DNA of 32,000 nucleotides. Origin: Synechococcus sp. A15-28. Lineage in GTDB: Bacteria; Cyanobacteriota; Cyanobacteriia; PCC-6307; Cyanobiaceae. Each line of letters starts with the position of its first letter. Positions within the stretch are counted from its first letter, which is position 1. Where the stretch lies: positions 180,001-212,000 of the forward strand of contig NZ_CP047931.1 in assembly GCF_014280175.1 (NCBI RefSeq), given 5' to 3'. The position numbers were made by a program, and so were the translations under genes. Below, one piece after another: positions 8,656 through 16,725 of the stretch. Under the pieces are notes generated by a model. That model did not search any database, was not told where the DNA came from, and saw nothing but the letters and a program-made list of their open reading frames with translations.

Positions 8656-9912
8656 GGCCGCCAACAGTTCCATCGGATGGTGGACCCGGGCTCGACCGCC
8701 CAGGTGCCGGCGCAGTTGCAGGGTGCAGCCGATGTTGGCGCTGGCCACCAGTCCGGCACCGGTGCCGCTTAGGTCATCGGCCTTGATCCGGCCCAGTTCA
8801 GCGGCCTCCTCCGGTTGCACCAGGTTGTAAATGCCGGCACTGCCGCAGCAGACCCCCACCTCGGTTGCCTCCCGTAGCTTGATGCCGGGGATGGCGCGCA
8901 GCAGCTGTCTGGGCTGGGCCTGGATCCCCTGGCCGTGAATCATGTGGCAGGCGTCATGCATGGCCACCGTCTCGGGCAGGGGTTGCAGTTGTGCTGTGAA
9001 GCCTGTGGAGAGGCCCCGGTCGGCGAGGAATTCCTGCACGTCCAGCACCGGCGCACGGAACTGAACGTCGCCGTTCAGCAGTTCGCCATAGGCCTTCATC
9101 GTGTGACCGCAGCCGGAGGCGGCCACCAGCACAGCATCCAGATCTCCTTCCACGCTGTTCATGCTGGTCACCAGATCGGAGGCCAGCTGACGGGTCAGCT
9201 CCAGTTCCCCCTGGTGATGGCTCACGGCACCACAGCAGCCCTGGTCCGGCGGAATCACCACCTCGAAGCCGTTGGCCTGCAGCACCTTCACCGTGGTCGT
9301 GCTGACGGTCGGATCAAAGCAGCGCTGTACGCAGCCCAGCAACAGGGCAACGCGGCCGCGGCGTTGCCCGCTGGCGGGATTGATCTGGAGAAGTCGGTCG
9401 TTGAAGCTCTCCGGTACCAGGGGCGGCAGCAGTTGCTCCATTGCTTCAATCTCAGGACCAAAAAGCCGGGTCAGGCCGGCTCGGCGGGCCAAGGCTTGGA
9501 GCGGTGTGCCGGCATAGGCCCGAAGCGATTGCAACAGAGCTCGCAGCCGCCTGGGGTAGGGCAGCACCTGCAGCAACAGTTGGCGGAAGCAGATCTGCCA
9601 GCTGCTGCGGTGCTGCAGCTGATTCAGCTTGGGTCGGGTTGCCTCGATCAGTTGGTCGTAGCGCACGCCGGAGGGGCAGGCCGACACGCAGGCGTAGCAG
9701 CCCAGGCAGGTGTCGAAATGGCTGGCGACGGTGGCGTCCAGCTCCAGTTCACCGGCTTCGATGGCCCGCAAAGCGTGGATGCGACCGCGCGGAGAGTCCA
9801 TCTCGCTGGCCAGCACCCGGTAGCTGGCACAGGTGGGCAGGCAGAAGCCACAGTGCACACAGGGATCTGCGGCGCCTGCTGGCAGGCCGGGGAGCTGGGA
9901 GGGAGAGACCAT
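8554..9912 (-). CDS. glcF: Glycolate oxidase iron-sulfur subunit GlcF
   Basis: Two 4Fe-4S ferredoxin motifs (CVHCGFCLPTCASY; CLGCYACVSACPSG) followed by two cysteine-rich CCG-type regions (GCCG, CCGSAG). ATG start at 9912. The last 32 codons lie antisense to the end of the 7309-8655 gene. Confidence 0.85.
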   Translation of the reverse strand: MVSPSQLPGLPAGAADPCVHCGFCLPTCASYRVLASEMDSPRGRIHALRAIEAGELELDATVASHFDTCLGCYACVSACPSGVRYDQLIEATRPKLNQLQHRSSWQICFRQLLLQVLPYPRRLRALLQSLRAYAGTPLQALARRAGLTRLFGPEIEAMEQLLPPLVPESFNDRLLQINPASGQRRGRVALLLGCVQRCFDPTVSTTTVKVLQANGFEVVIPPDQGCCGAVSHHQGELELTRQLASDLVTSMNSVEGDLDAVLVAASGCGHTMKAYGELLNGDVQFRAPVLDVQEFLADRGLSTGFTAQLQPLPETVAMHDACHMIHGQGIQAQPRQLLRAIPGIKLREATEVGVCCGSAGIYNLVQPEEAAELGRIKADDLSGTGAGLVASANIGCTLQLRRHLGGRARVHHPMELLAASAGLHPLPGVAQGVGTAKVSGKREDRQAGMAPL

Positions 9913-9945
9913 CTCCTGAGTTTGGCGTGATAGCAGCCCTGGTGA

Positions 9946-11370
9946 TCAGAACCGTTGGATGATGGCTTCAGCGAAACCGCTGCAGCTCGCCGGATCCACC
10001 TGGGGTTCCATCAGTCGCGCCAGGTCGTAGGTGACCTGCTGGTCGGCAATAGCGGCACTCAGGCCTTTGGTCACGAGGTCAGCGGCGTCTTGCCAGCCCA
10101 GGAATTCCAGCATCATCACGCCGCTGAGGATCACCGAACCAGGGTTGATCCGATCGAGGCCGGCGTGTTTCGGGGCGGTGCCGTGGGTGGCTTCGAAGAT
10201 GGCGGCGTTCTGGCCGATGTTGGCGCCGGGGGCCATGCCCAGTCCGCCCACCATCGCGGCGGCGGCGTCGGAGATGTAATCGCCGTTGAGGTTCAACGTC
10301 GCGAGGATCGAATACTCCTGAGGGCGGGTCTGGATCTGCTGGAAAATGCTGTCGGCGATGCGGTCATCCACCAGCACCATCTCCTTCCACTTGCCGCCTC
10401 CGTGGCTGCTGCCGATGGCGTCGATGACCGCCTTCACTTCGGTATCGATGTCGGCTTTCTTCTCCGGGGTGAGGCTGTCGTAGCCGGGCTCGATCATGCG
10501 GGCGTTGGCCTGCACGCTCAGGTTGGGGTCCTTCTCGAGGTTGCCGAGGATCCAGCTTTCCCGCTCGGTGATGCACACGTCGCGGAATTCGGTGGTGGCC
10601 AGTTCATAGCCCCAGTCACGGAAGGCCCCTTCCGTGAACTTCATGATGTTGCCTTTGTGCACCAGGGTCACGTGGCGCTTGTCGCCCTGAAGACGCAGGG
10701 CGTGCTGGATCGCCTTGCGGATGTGACGCTGGCTGCCGGCCTTGCTCACCGGCTTGATGCCAATGCCGGAACCCTCGGGGATCTGACGCTTGCCCAGCTT
10801 CCCGTTGGCGGGAATCACCACCTCGTTGAGGTGCTTGCGCAGCTCCTGGCCGACGGCGTCATCGGCCTCCCATTCCACGCCCATATAAATGTCTTCGGTG
10901 TTCTCCCGGTAGACGATCACGTCCAGATCCTGGGGACGCTTGTGAGGGCTGGGGGTTCCTTCGTAGTAGCGGCAGGGACGCACACAGGAATACAGATCAA
11001 AGATCTGACGCAGGGACACGTTCAGCGAACGGATGCCGCCGCCCACCGGGGTGGTGAGGGGGCCCTTGATGGCCACGCCGTAGGTGCGGATCGCTTCGAG
11101 GGTGTCCTCGGGCAGGTACTGGTAGGTGCCGTAGAGGTCGCAGGCTTCATCGCCGGCGTAGACCTTGAACCATTCGATGCTCTTGCTGCCGCCATAGGCC
11201 TTGGCCACGGCCGCATCCAGCACCTTCTGTGTCGCCGGCCAGATGTCCACGCCGGTGCCATCGCCGCGGATGAAGGGAATGATCGGGTTGTCGGCCACCA
11301 CGGGCTGGCCGTTCTCGAAGCGGATCGGTGTGCCCTGGCTGGGGGCGGTGAGCTTCTCGAACTGGGCCAT
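9946..11370 (-). CDS. icd: NADP-dependent isocitrate dehydrogenase
   Basis: 474 aa. It has IPFIRGDGTGVDIW, SLNVSLRQ, the NLNGDYISD metal-binding region and ATHGTAPK, all classic prokaryotic Icd motifs. Confidence 0.95.
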   Translation of the reverse strand: MAQFEKLTAPSQGTPIRFENGQPVVADNPIIPFIRGDGTGVDIWPATQKVLDAAVAKAYGGSKSIEWFKVYAGDEACDLYGTYQYLPEDTLEAIRTYGVAIKGPLTTPVGGGIRSLNVSLRQIFDLYSCVRPCRYYEGTPSPHKRPQDLDVIVYRENTEDIYMGVEWEADDAVGQELRKHLNEVVIPANGKLGKRQIPEGSGIGIKPVSKAGSQRHIRKAIQHALRLQGDKRHVTLVHKGNIMKFTEGAFRDWGYELATTEFRDVCITERESWILGNLEKDPNLSVQANARMIEPGYDSLTPEKKADIDTEVKAVIDAIGSSHGGGKWKEMVLVDDRIADSIFQQIQTRPQEYSILATLNLNGDYISDAAAAMVGGLGMAPGANIGQNAAIFEATHGTAPKHAGLDRINPGSVILSGVMMLEFLGWQDAADLVTKGLSAAIADQQVTYDLARLMEPQVDPASCSGFAEAIIQRF

Positions 11371-11450
11371 GGCGGTCGATCGGGCGTCAGCAGGGGGAGC
11401 CTATGACCGAGCCGGGAGCTCTACGGTTCATGCATCACAGCTGAGTTGGC

Positions 11451-12386
11451 ATGGGCGGCGAGCAGCTCTGGGTCGTGGCCGCTTGTCTGAACGAAGAAGC
11501 GGTGATCCTCCGTTTTGTCGAACGGGTGCTTGCCCTTCCCGAGGTGGACCGTCTTCTCCTGATCGATGACGGATCCTCTGACGGAACGGTGGCGGTGATT
11601 CGCTCCTGGCAGCAGCGCCACCCCGATCAGGGCCTGACACTGCTGGAGCTCACCCGCAATTTCGGCAAAGAAGCCGCCATGTTGGCGGGTCTTGATTTTG
11701 CCGATGGACGTTGCGGAGCAGCTGTGTTGATCGACTCCGATCTCCAACATCCCCCAGAACGCATTCCGGCGATGGTGAAGGCCTGGCGGGAGGGTGCCGA
11801 GGTGGTGACGGCGGTTCGCGATGACCGCGATGCTGAGGGATTGATGAAGGTCGCCACCGCTTCGTGGTTTTACCGGGTGTTCAACCGCCTGGTGGATTCG
11901 ATCCAGTTGCAGGAAGGTGCCGGCGACTTTCGCCTGCTCAGTGCCCCAGTGATCAAGGCCGTCACGCAAATGCGCGAGGCCACGCGTTTCTCCAAAGGGT
12001 TGATGCCTTGGACGGGCTATCGCAGTGTCGAAATCCCTTACAGCCGCGTGGCACGGATCGGAGGTGCAACCTCCTGGAGTCCGCTCAAACTCTGGCGTTA
12101 CGCCATGGATGGGATCTTTTCATTCAGCGTGAAACCTCTGAAGGTTTGGGGCGTGATCGGAATGCTGATCTCCCTGGTGAGCTTCCTGTATGCCGCATTG
12201 ATTGTGCTGCGCACGTTGATCTTCGGGGTGGATCTGCCCGGTTATGCCTCCCTGATCGTGGCGGTGCTGTTTCTTGGTGGAATTCAGCTGATTGGCATCG
12301 GTGTGCTGGGCGAATACATCGGCAGGATTTACATCGACGTCAAGCGGCGGCCCCATTACTTCATCCGTGCGGTACACGAGCCTTGA
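11451..12386 (+). CDS. Family-2 glycosyltransferase of the polyprenyl-phosphate sugar synthase type (GtrB / ArnC / DPM1-like)
   Basis: VVAACLNEE, LLLIDDGSSDGT, the VLIDSDLQHPPE (DxD) motif and GDFRLLS. Two C-terminal TM helices end in GVLGEYIGRIYIDVKRRPHY, the signature tail of GtrB/ArnC-type enzymes. Confidence 0.85.
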   Translation: MGGEQLWVVAACLNEEAVILRFVERVLALPEVDRLLLIDDGSSDGTVAVIRSWQQRHPDQGLTLLELTRNFGKEAAMLAGLDFADGRCGAAVLIDSDLQHPPERIPAMVKAWREGAEVVTAVRDDRDAEGLMKVATASWFYRVFNRLVDSIQLQEGAGDFRLLSAPVIKAVTQMREATRFSKGLMPWTGYRSVEIPYSRVARIGGATSWSPLKLWRYAMDGIFSFSVKPLKVWGVIGMLISLVSFLYAALIVLRTLIFGVDLPGYASLIVAVLFLGGIQLIGIGVLGEYIGRIYIDVKRRPHYFIRAVHEP

Positions 12387-13548
12387 GGGCGTTCCATTCG
12401 TGTTGTCGCCACGGTGAACTGAAAAATTCGGCTGAACGATGAAAGTGGCGCTGCATCAGTTGATTCGTGCTCACTGGGGCAGCAGGGTGAGCCAGCAGCA
12501 GGTCCCCGTCGCCTAAGGATTCTTGTGCGGCCTCCAGGGCGACACCTGCCATCTGGCCTGTGAACAAAACCCCGGCAAAGCGCCGATTGCTGGAGATGCC
12601 GGCATGCGTGAGCCTGCGTCGAGCCAGCCATGTCAGCGACTGCAGCACGAGCCACTTGAGCAATCCGCCATTGTTCAGAGCTTTGATCCACAGCGTCAGC
12701 GGCAGGCCCTGTGGCAGTGGCTCTGCTGTGGTGCGTACCCAGACGATCTCCCGTTGCTCCAGCACAACCTCCAGCACCAGCGGCAGCAGATGAACGTGCT
12801 GATGTCCATCGAGATGGATCTGGCGTTGACCGGTCAGCTGCTGAAACCGATGAATCTGGGATTGCACTGCTGTTTCGACCTGAGCCCGCAGCGCGTGCCG
12901 TTTCGCTGGTCGCAGAGAACCCAGCAGCAGGTCGCCGAAGCCTGCCGGTAGATCAGGGCAGTCCTGGGGTTGAGGCCCTTCGGTGAGGCACAGATGCAGC
13001 ACAAGTGGCTGGGTGTTGGCCAGGGATTGCCAGGCCGCGGCGGCTGATGGAGCCGTTGGACCAGCCACCAGCAGGCTGGCGCTGGTGAGACGCCCTGCTT
13101 CCGCCAGCTCGAGGATGGCGCTGTCCACCCCAGCGTCGAGGCCGAGGTCATCGGCGTGAATGGCGGGGCATCCGCTGCGTTGGCGCTGATGCAGCACCAC
13201 GCGTGCAGCACGGTTCCAGATCAGAGCGTTCAGCACAGTGGGGGTGAACACCAGCACCACAGTTGGGGCATCCAGCAGGGGCAGCAGTGAGCAGACGCTG
13301 ATGTTCACGGCGTACTGCAGCAGCAACCAGCGCCGAGGGAAGCGCCGGCCTCCGGTCTCTTCCCGGAAGGTCACCAGGGCATGACCCAGATATCCCGCCA
13401 CGGATGCGGTGAGAAAGCCGATCGGATTGGCCAGGCTGAGGGGAAGCCATGACCCGAGGCCCATCAGCACGCCAGCGTGAACGACGGCGGCGAGGAGGCC
13501 GATGGCGCCGTAGCGCACCAGTCGGTTCAAGGCCGCCGGCAGGTTCAT
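12361..13548 (-). CDS. Fusion protein: N-terminal GtrA-like membrane domain plus C-terminal YdjC/ChbG/HpnK/NaxD-family carbohydrate deacetylase domain
   Basis: Residues 1 to about 130 form four hydrophobic helices with a GtrA-like pattern (LVRYGAIGLLAAVVHAGVL...GFLTASVAGYLGHALVTFRE). Residues from about 135 to 395 carry the YdjC motifs IHADDLGLDAGVDSAILELAEAGRLTSASLLV, LHLCLTEG and HLDGHQHVHLLP. It is a single uninterrupted ORF. Its ATG overlaps the upstream stop (ATGA at 13545-13548), and its 3' end overlaps the GT2 gene by 26 nt. Confidence 0.8.
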   Translation of the reverse strand: MNLPAALNRLVRYGAIGLLAAVVHAGVLMGLGSWLPLSLANPIGFLTASVAGYLGHALVTFREETGGRRFPRRWLLLQYAVNISVCSLLPLLDAPTVVLVFTPTVLNALIWNRAARVVLHQRQRSGCPAIHADDLGLDAGVDSAILELAEAGRLTSASLLVAGPTAPSAAAAWQSLANTQPLVLHLCLTEGPQPQDCPDLPAGFGDLLLGSLRPAKRHALRAQVETAVQSQIHRFQQLTGQRQIHLDGHQHVHLLPLVLEVVLEQREIVWVRTTAEPLPQGLPLTLWIKALNNGGLLKWLVLQSLTWLARRRLTHAGISSNRRFAGVLFTGQMAGVALEAAQESLGDGDLLLAHPAAPVSTNQLMQRHFHRSAEFFSSPWRQHEWNALKARVPHG

Positions 13549-14285
13549 CGTGTGGACAACCTCTTAAGCAGCGCCTCGATCAGGCTCCAGGCCTGTTGTT
13601 CGTACACCTTTACGAAGTCGGTGAAGCTCTGGGCTGCCGCTTCATCGGCTCCGTCGGAAATCACCCGCAGAACCAGCCACGGCACCTCTTCCTGCTCGGC
13701 CACCTGCGCTACGGCGCCCCCTTCCATTTCCACCGCCTGCAGATCAGGCAAGGCAGCTTTGAGCTCCTGCAGCACCGCGGCATCCCCGATGAACTGATCG
13801 CCTGTGGCGATCAACCCCGGGCGCACAGCTCCAAAGCCCTCGAGCTCGCCGGCCGCCTGGGCAGCAGCCAAGGAGCGTTTGGCCCAGTCCAGCCAAGCCG
13901 GATCGGGCTGAAGACGATCGCGCTTCAGCGGTGGCATGGTGAAGCGGGGAAACAGCGGGCTGGCATTCATGTCGTGCTGCATCACGGCATCTGCCAGCAC
14001 CACATCCCACTGCTGCAGGGAACCCTCGGCAGCGCCGGCCACACCGGTGAAGAGCAGCAGATCCAGATCGGGAGACGCTGCCAGCAGACGGGTCGCCGCC
14101 CTGGCTGCACACACTTTTCCCCAGCCACTCCAGGCCAGGGTCAATCGGACCCCTTCGCCCCAGACGCCCTGGTGCAGCGTCAGGTCTCCATGGACACTGC
14201 TGCTGAGCTGGTTGAGATGACTCAGATCCGAGCCGATTTCCTCGGGCATGGCGCCAAGCAGGCCGATGTGCAGCGGGCGTGTCAT
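13545..14285 (-). CDS. Pfs/MtnN-family nucleosidase (5'-methylthioadenosine/S-adenosylhomocysteine nucleosidase-like; PNP_UDP_1 fold)
   Basis: IGLLGAMPEE at the N-terminus, FTGVAGA, the ATGDQF substrate loop, VEMEGGAVAQVA and RVISD. Two in-frame ATGs are available (14321 and 14285). 14285 gives the family-typical short N-terminus. Confidence 0.8.
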   Translation of the reverse strand: MTRPLHIGLLGAMPEEIGSDLSHLNQLSSSVHGDLTLHQGVWGEGVRLTLAWSGWGKVCAARAATRLLAASPDLDLLLFTGVAGAAEGSLQQWDVVLADAVMQHDMNASPLFPRFTMPPLKRDRLQPDPAWLDWAKRSLAAAQAAGELEGFGAVRPGLIATGDQFIGDAAVLQELKAALPDLQAVEMEGGAVAQVAEQEEVPWLVLRVISDGADEAAAQSFTDFVKVYEQQAWSLIEALLKRLSTR

Positions 14286-14339
14286 GGCTTTGTGAACCTG
14301 GCGCAACCGTAACGGCGACATTAAGGACCTCCCTTCAAC

Positions 14340-14807
14340 ATGCGCTCAGGGAATGGCAGTGCTTTGAACGCAGGTGAATCCGTGCGCAGTGTCGACCAGG
14401 TCCAGGCCCTGGCTTCAGTGATCACACTGGTTCGGCAGCGGTTCCCGGCGGCCAAGGCGAATCTCAAGCCCTGGCGGGATGACCCGCAGACCCGGCAGTG
14501 GTCAGAACCGGAAAGTCTCGACCTCTCCTTTCATTTCCCTGGCTGGAGTCCACGACTGCAATGCCGCAGCCTGTTGATTCAGCTGCGGTTCTGTGCGGAG
14601 TCGGCCGAGGCTCAGCCTTCACTGTTGGGAGTGTTGATGCGGGGGATGACCTACGACGGTGAGCGCTGGCGGCTGGCCACCGTTGGGGAGTGGCTCCCTG
14701 AAGGCCCTCATCTGCCGCAGGCTGATCAGGTGATCCAGTTGCAGATGATCTGCAGGGACCTGTTCGAGTTGTTCAGTGGTTCCTCGGCTGCAGATGAGGC
14801 GGCGTAA
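14340..14807 (+). CDS. Hypothetical protein, no family recognised
   Basis: 155-aa ORF with an ATG start and balanced amino-acid composition. It fills an otherwise empty gap and has no convincing competing ORF. I can assign no motif. Confidence 0.45.
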   Translation: MRSGNGSALNAGESVRSVDQVQALASVITLVRQRFPAAKANLKPWRDDPQTRQWSEPESLDLSFHFPGWSPRLQCRSLLIQLRFCAESAEAQPSLLGVLMRGMTYDGERWRLATVGEWLPEGPHLPQADQVIQLQMICRDLFELFSGSSAADEAA

Positions 14808-14821
14808 CCCTTCGCAACGGG

Positions 14822-14859
14822 TTGAGGCCGTTCTTCAGGAACTCCTTATAAGGTTTTTT
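14822..14859 (+). promoter_or_regulatory. Possible sigma70-type promoter or operator upstream of ho1
   Basis: TTGAGG (14822-14827), 18-nt spacer, TTATAA (14846-14851). The -10-like element sits inside a perfect 10-bp palindrome, CCTTATAAGG (14844-14853), followed by T6 (14854-14859). This lies 24 nt upstream of the ho1 ATG. The call rests on pattern only. Confidence 0.25.
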
Positions 14860-14882
14860 CATTGGTTGACTGATCTCTCAGC

Positions 14883-15596
14883 ATGTCCGTCGCTCTGGCT
14901 GCCCAGCTCCGGGAAGGCACCAAGAAATCCCACACGATGGCCGAGAACACCGGCTTCGTGAGTTGCTTCCTCAAAGGCGTTGTGGACAAGGCCAGCTACC
15001 GCAAGCTGGTGGCTGATCTTTACTTCGTTTACACCGCGATGGAAGAGGAGATCGCCAAGCTGGGCGATCATCCCGTGGTCGGTCCTGTGGGGATGCAGGA
15101 GCTCAACCGTCGTGAAGCTCTGGAACAGGATCTCGCCTACTACTTCGGTGCCGGCTGGAAAGAACAAATCCAGCCGTCTCCCTCAGCTGCGGCCTATGTG
15201 GAGCGGATTCATGCCGTTGCACAGGAATCGCCTGAACTGTTGGTGGGGCATCACTACACCCGCTACCTCGGCGATCTCTCCGGCGGACAGATCCTGAAGA
15301 ACATCGCCCAGAAAGCGATGAATATGGATGGCGACGACGGTCTTCACTTCTACGTCTTCAACGACATTGCCGACGAAAAGGCTTTCAAGACCGCCTACCG
15401 CTCCACGATGGATGAGCTGCCCATCGATCAGGCCATGGCTGATCGGATTGTGGAGGAAGCCAACCATGCCTTCCACCTGAACATGAACATGTTCAAGGAA
15501 CTCGAAGGCAATCTGGTGGCTGCCATCGGCAAGGTTCTGTTCGGCTTCCTGACCCGTCGCCAGCGCGCCGGCAGTACGGAGGCTGCGGCAGCCTGA
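14883..15596 (+). CDS. ho1: Heme oxygenase (biliverdin-producing; phycobilin pathway)
   Basis: 237 aa. LREGTKKSHTMAENTGFV contains the proximal His region. YTRYLGDLSGGQILKKI-type motif is present as HYTRYLGDLSGGQILKNI. These are classic HO-1 family signatures. Confidence 0.95.
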   Translation: MSVALAAQLREGTKKSHTMAENTGFVSCFLKGVVDKASYRKLVADLYFVYTAMEEEIAKLGDHPVVGPVGMQELNRREALEQDLAYYFGAGWKEQIQPSPSAAAYVERIHAVAQESPELLVGHHYTRYLGDLSGGQILKNIAQKAMNMDGDDGLHFYVFNDIADEKAFKTAYRSTMDELPIDQAMADRIVEEANHAFHLNMNMFKELEGNLVAAIGKVLFGFLTRRQRAGSTEAAAA

Positions 15597-15600
15597 TTCC

Positions 15601-16638
15601 GTGCCCACCACGCTCATCCGCCTCCTGGTGCCGGGCACCAGCCAACGCTTCCGCTGTGGTGGTTTGAGTGTGGAGCTGCAAACGGCTCGGCTGCTGTCGA
15701 GCCTTTGTTCAGTGGAGGTAGTGACCCACCGCGAGCGGCATCAAGACCATCCATTTCTGCAGGATCTGCTCCGCGAGGAGCCCCCTCGGCAGGACATCCT
15801 CTGGATTGTCAGCTGGGGGTTTGACGTGCCGGCACTTGTGCAGCGTTTGCGCGGCCATCGCATTGCTTATCACGCCCATAGCAGTGGCTACGGCTTCACA
15901 CTTCCGCCTGGTGTGCCTGTGCTGGCGGTGAGTCGCAACACCCTTGGGTACTGGGGGGATCGTTGCCCCCGCAATCCATTGCTGCTGGTGCCCAATGCCA
16001 TCGAGCCCTGTTGGTTGGATCGAGGCTGCAGAGGCAGCGCCGAGCGCCGCCCCATCGACGTCCTCGTTCAAGCTCGCAAGAGCAGTCGTTATGTGCTGGA
16101 TCAGCTGGTGCCCGCCCTGCGGCAGCGGAGTCTCCGGGTGGAGGTGCAAAGCGGCTGGGTTGATGATCTCGTCGATCTGTTCAACCGCTCCAGCGTTTAC
16201 CTCTACGACTCAGCGGAGTACTGGCGTGGTCGCGGTGTGACGGAGGGATTTGGTCTGCCGCCGCTTGAGGCCATGGCCTGCGGTTGCGTGGTGTTCAGCA
16301 GCCTGAATCATGCGCTGGCCGATCACGGTGACCCGGGTCGGATGGTCCATCAGATCGGGTGTGGGCGCTTGGCCTTTGACGTGCGTCGGGTCGAGAATGC
16401 CGTCCGTGATCCAGCTGCGTGGAGACCACCAGCTGCTGCACTGAATGCATTGCTGGACGGAAGCTCAGAGGCGTCTCTTCTGCAGCGCTGGAAGCTGGCA
16501 TTGAATCAGTTGGATGCCCTGAATGACGCCGAAGGTCCCCTGCTCAGCAGCCCACCCACCTGGCAACTGAAGCTGCATCAACGCGTGGCAAGGCTGCGTC
16601 GAGTGGTCGATCGGTTGCCCGGCTGGCCGAAGGGATAA
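15601..16638 (+). CDS. Glycosyltransferase, GT-B fold, GT4-like
   Basis: EX7E motif EGFGLPPLEAMACG, with N-terminal IRLLVPG...GG. The only available start is GTG 15601, 4 nt after the ho1 stop. Confidence 0.75.
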   Translation: MPTTLIRLLVPGTSQRFRCGGLSVELQTARLLSSLCSVEVVTHRERHQDHPFLQDLLREEPPRQDILWIVSWGFDVPALVQRLRGHRIAYHAHSSGYGFTLPPGVPVLAVSRNTLGYWGDRCPRNPLLLVPNAIEPCWLDRGCRGSAERRPIDVLVQARKSSRYVLDQLVPALRQRSLRVEVQSGWVDDLVDLFNRSSVYLYDSAEYWRGRGVTEGFGLPPLEAMACGCVVFSSLNHALADHGDPGRMVHQIGCGRLAFDVRRVENAVRDPAAWRPPAAALNALLDGSSEASLLQRWKLALNQLDALNDAEGPLLSSPPTWQLKLHQRVARLRRVVDRLPGWPKG

Positions 16639-16725
16639 AACCATCACCCGCCCCCCCGACTTATGTTTATTTAAATACTGTCGGAACTTGATTCGGATGA
16701 AAGTTCTGGCCATTGAGAGACGTTG

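Noticed and set aside
8935-9930. 331-aa plus-strand ORF, with similar shadow ORFs at 13449-14312, 12523-12951, 5295-5993, 19024-19677, 20991-21587, 23553-24377 and 30304-31047
   Set aside because: All lie antisense to genes with clear family signatures (glcF, nucleosidase, GtrA-YdjC, epimerase, GTs, kdsB). None has motifs, and their composition is typical of G+C-rich shadow frames.
9955-11406. 483-aa plus-strand ORF, the longest-looking 'gene' in this region
   Set aside because: It lies exactly antisense to icd, whose homology is unambiguous. The translation is G/A/V/H/D-rich and low in complexity, typical of shadow ORFs in high-G+C DNA.
11371-11450. Looked for an NtcA box (GTA-N8-TAC) upstream of icd, which is NtcA-regulated in some cyanobacteria
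   Set aside because: No GTA-N8-TAC match is present on either strand of the 80-nt spacer.
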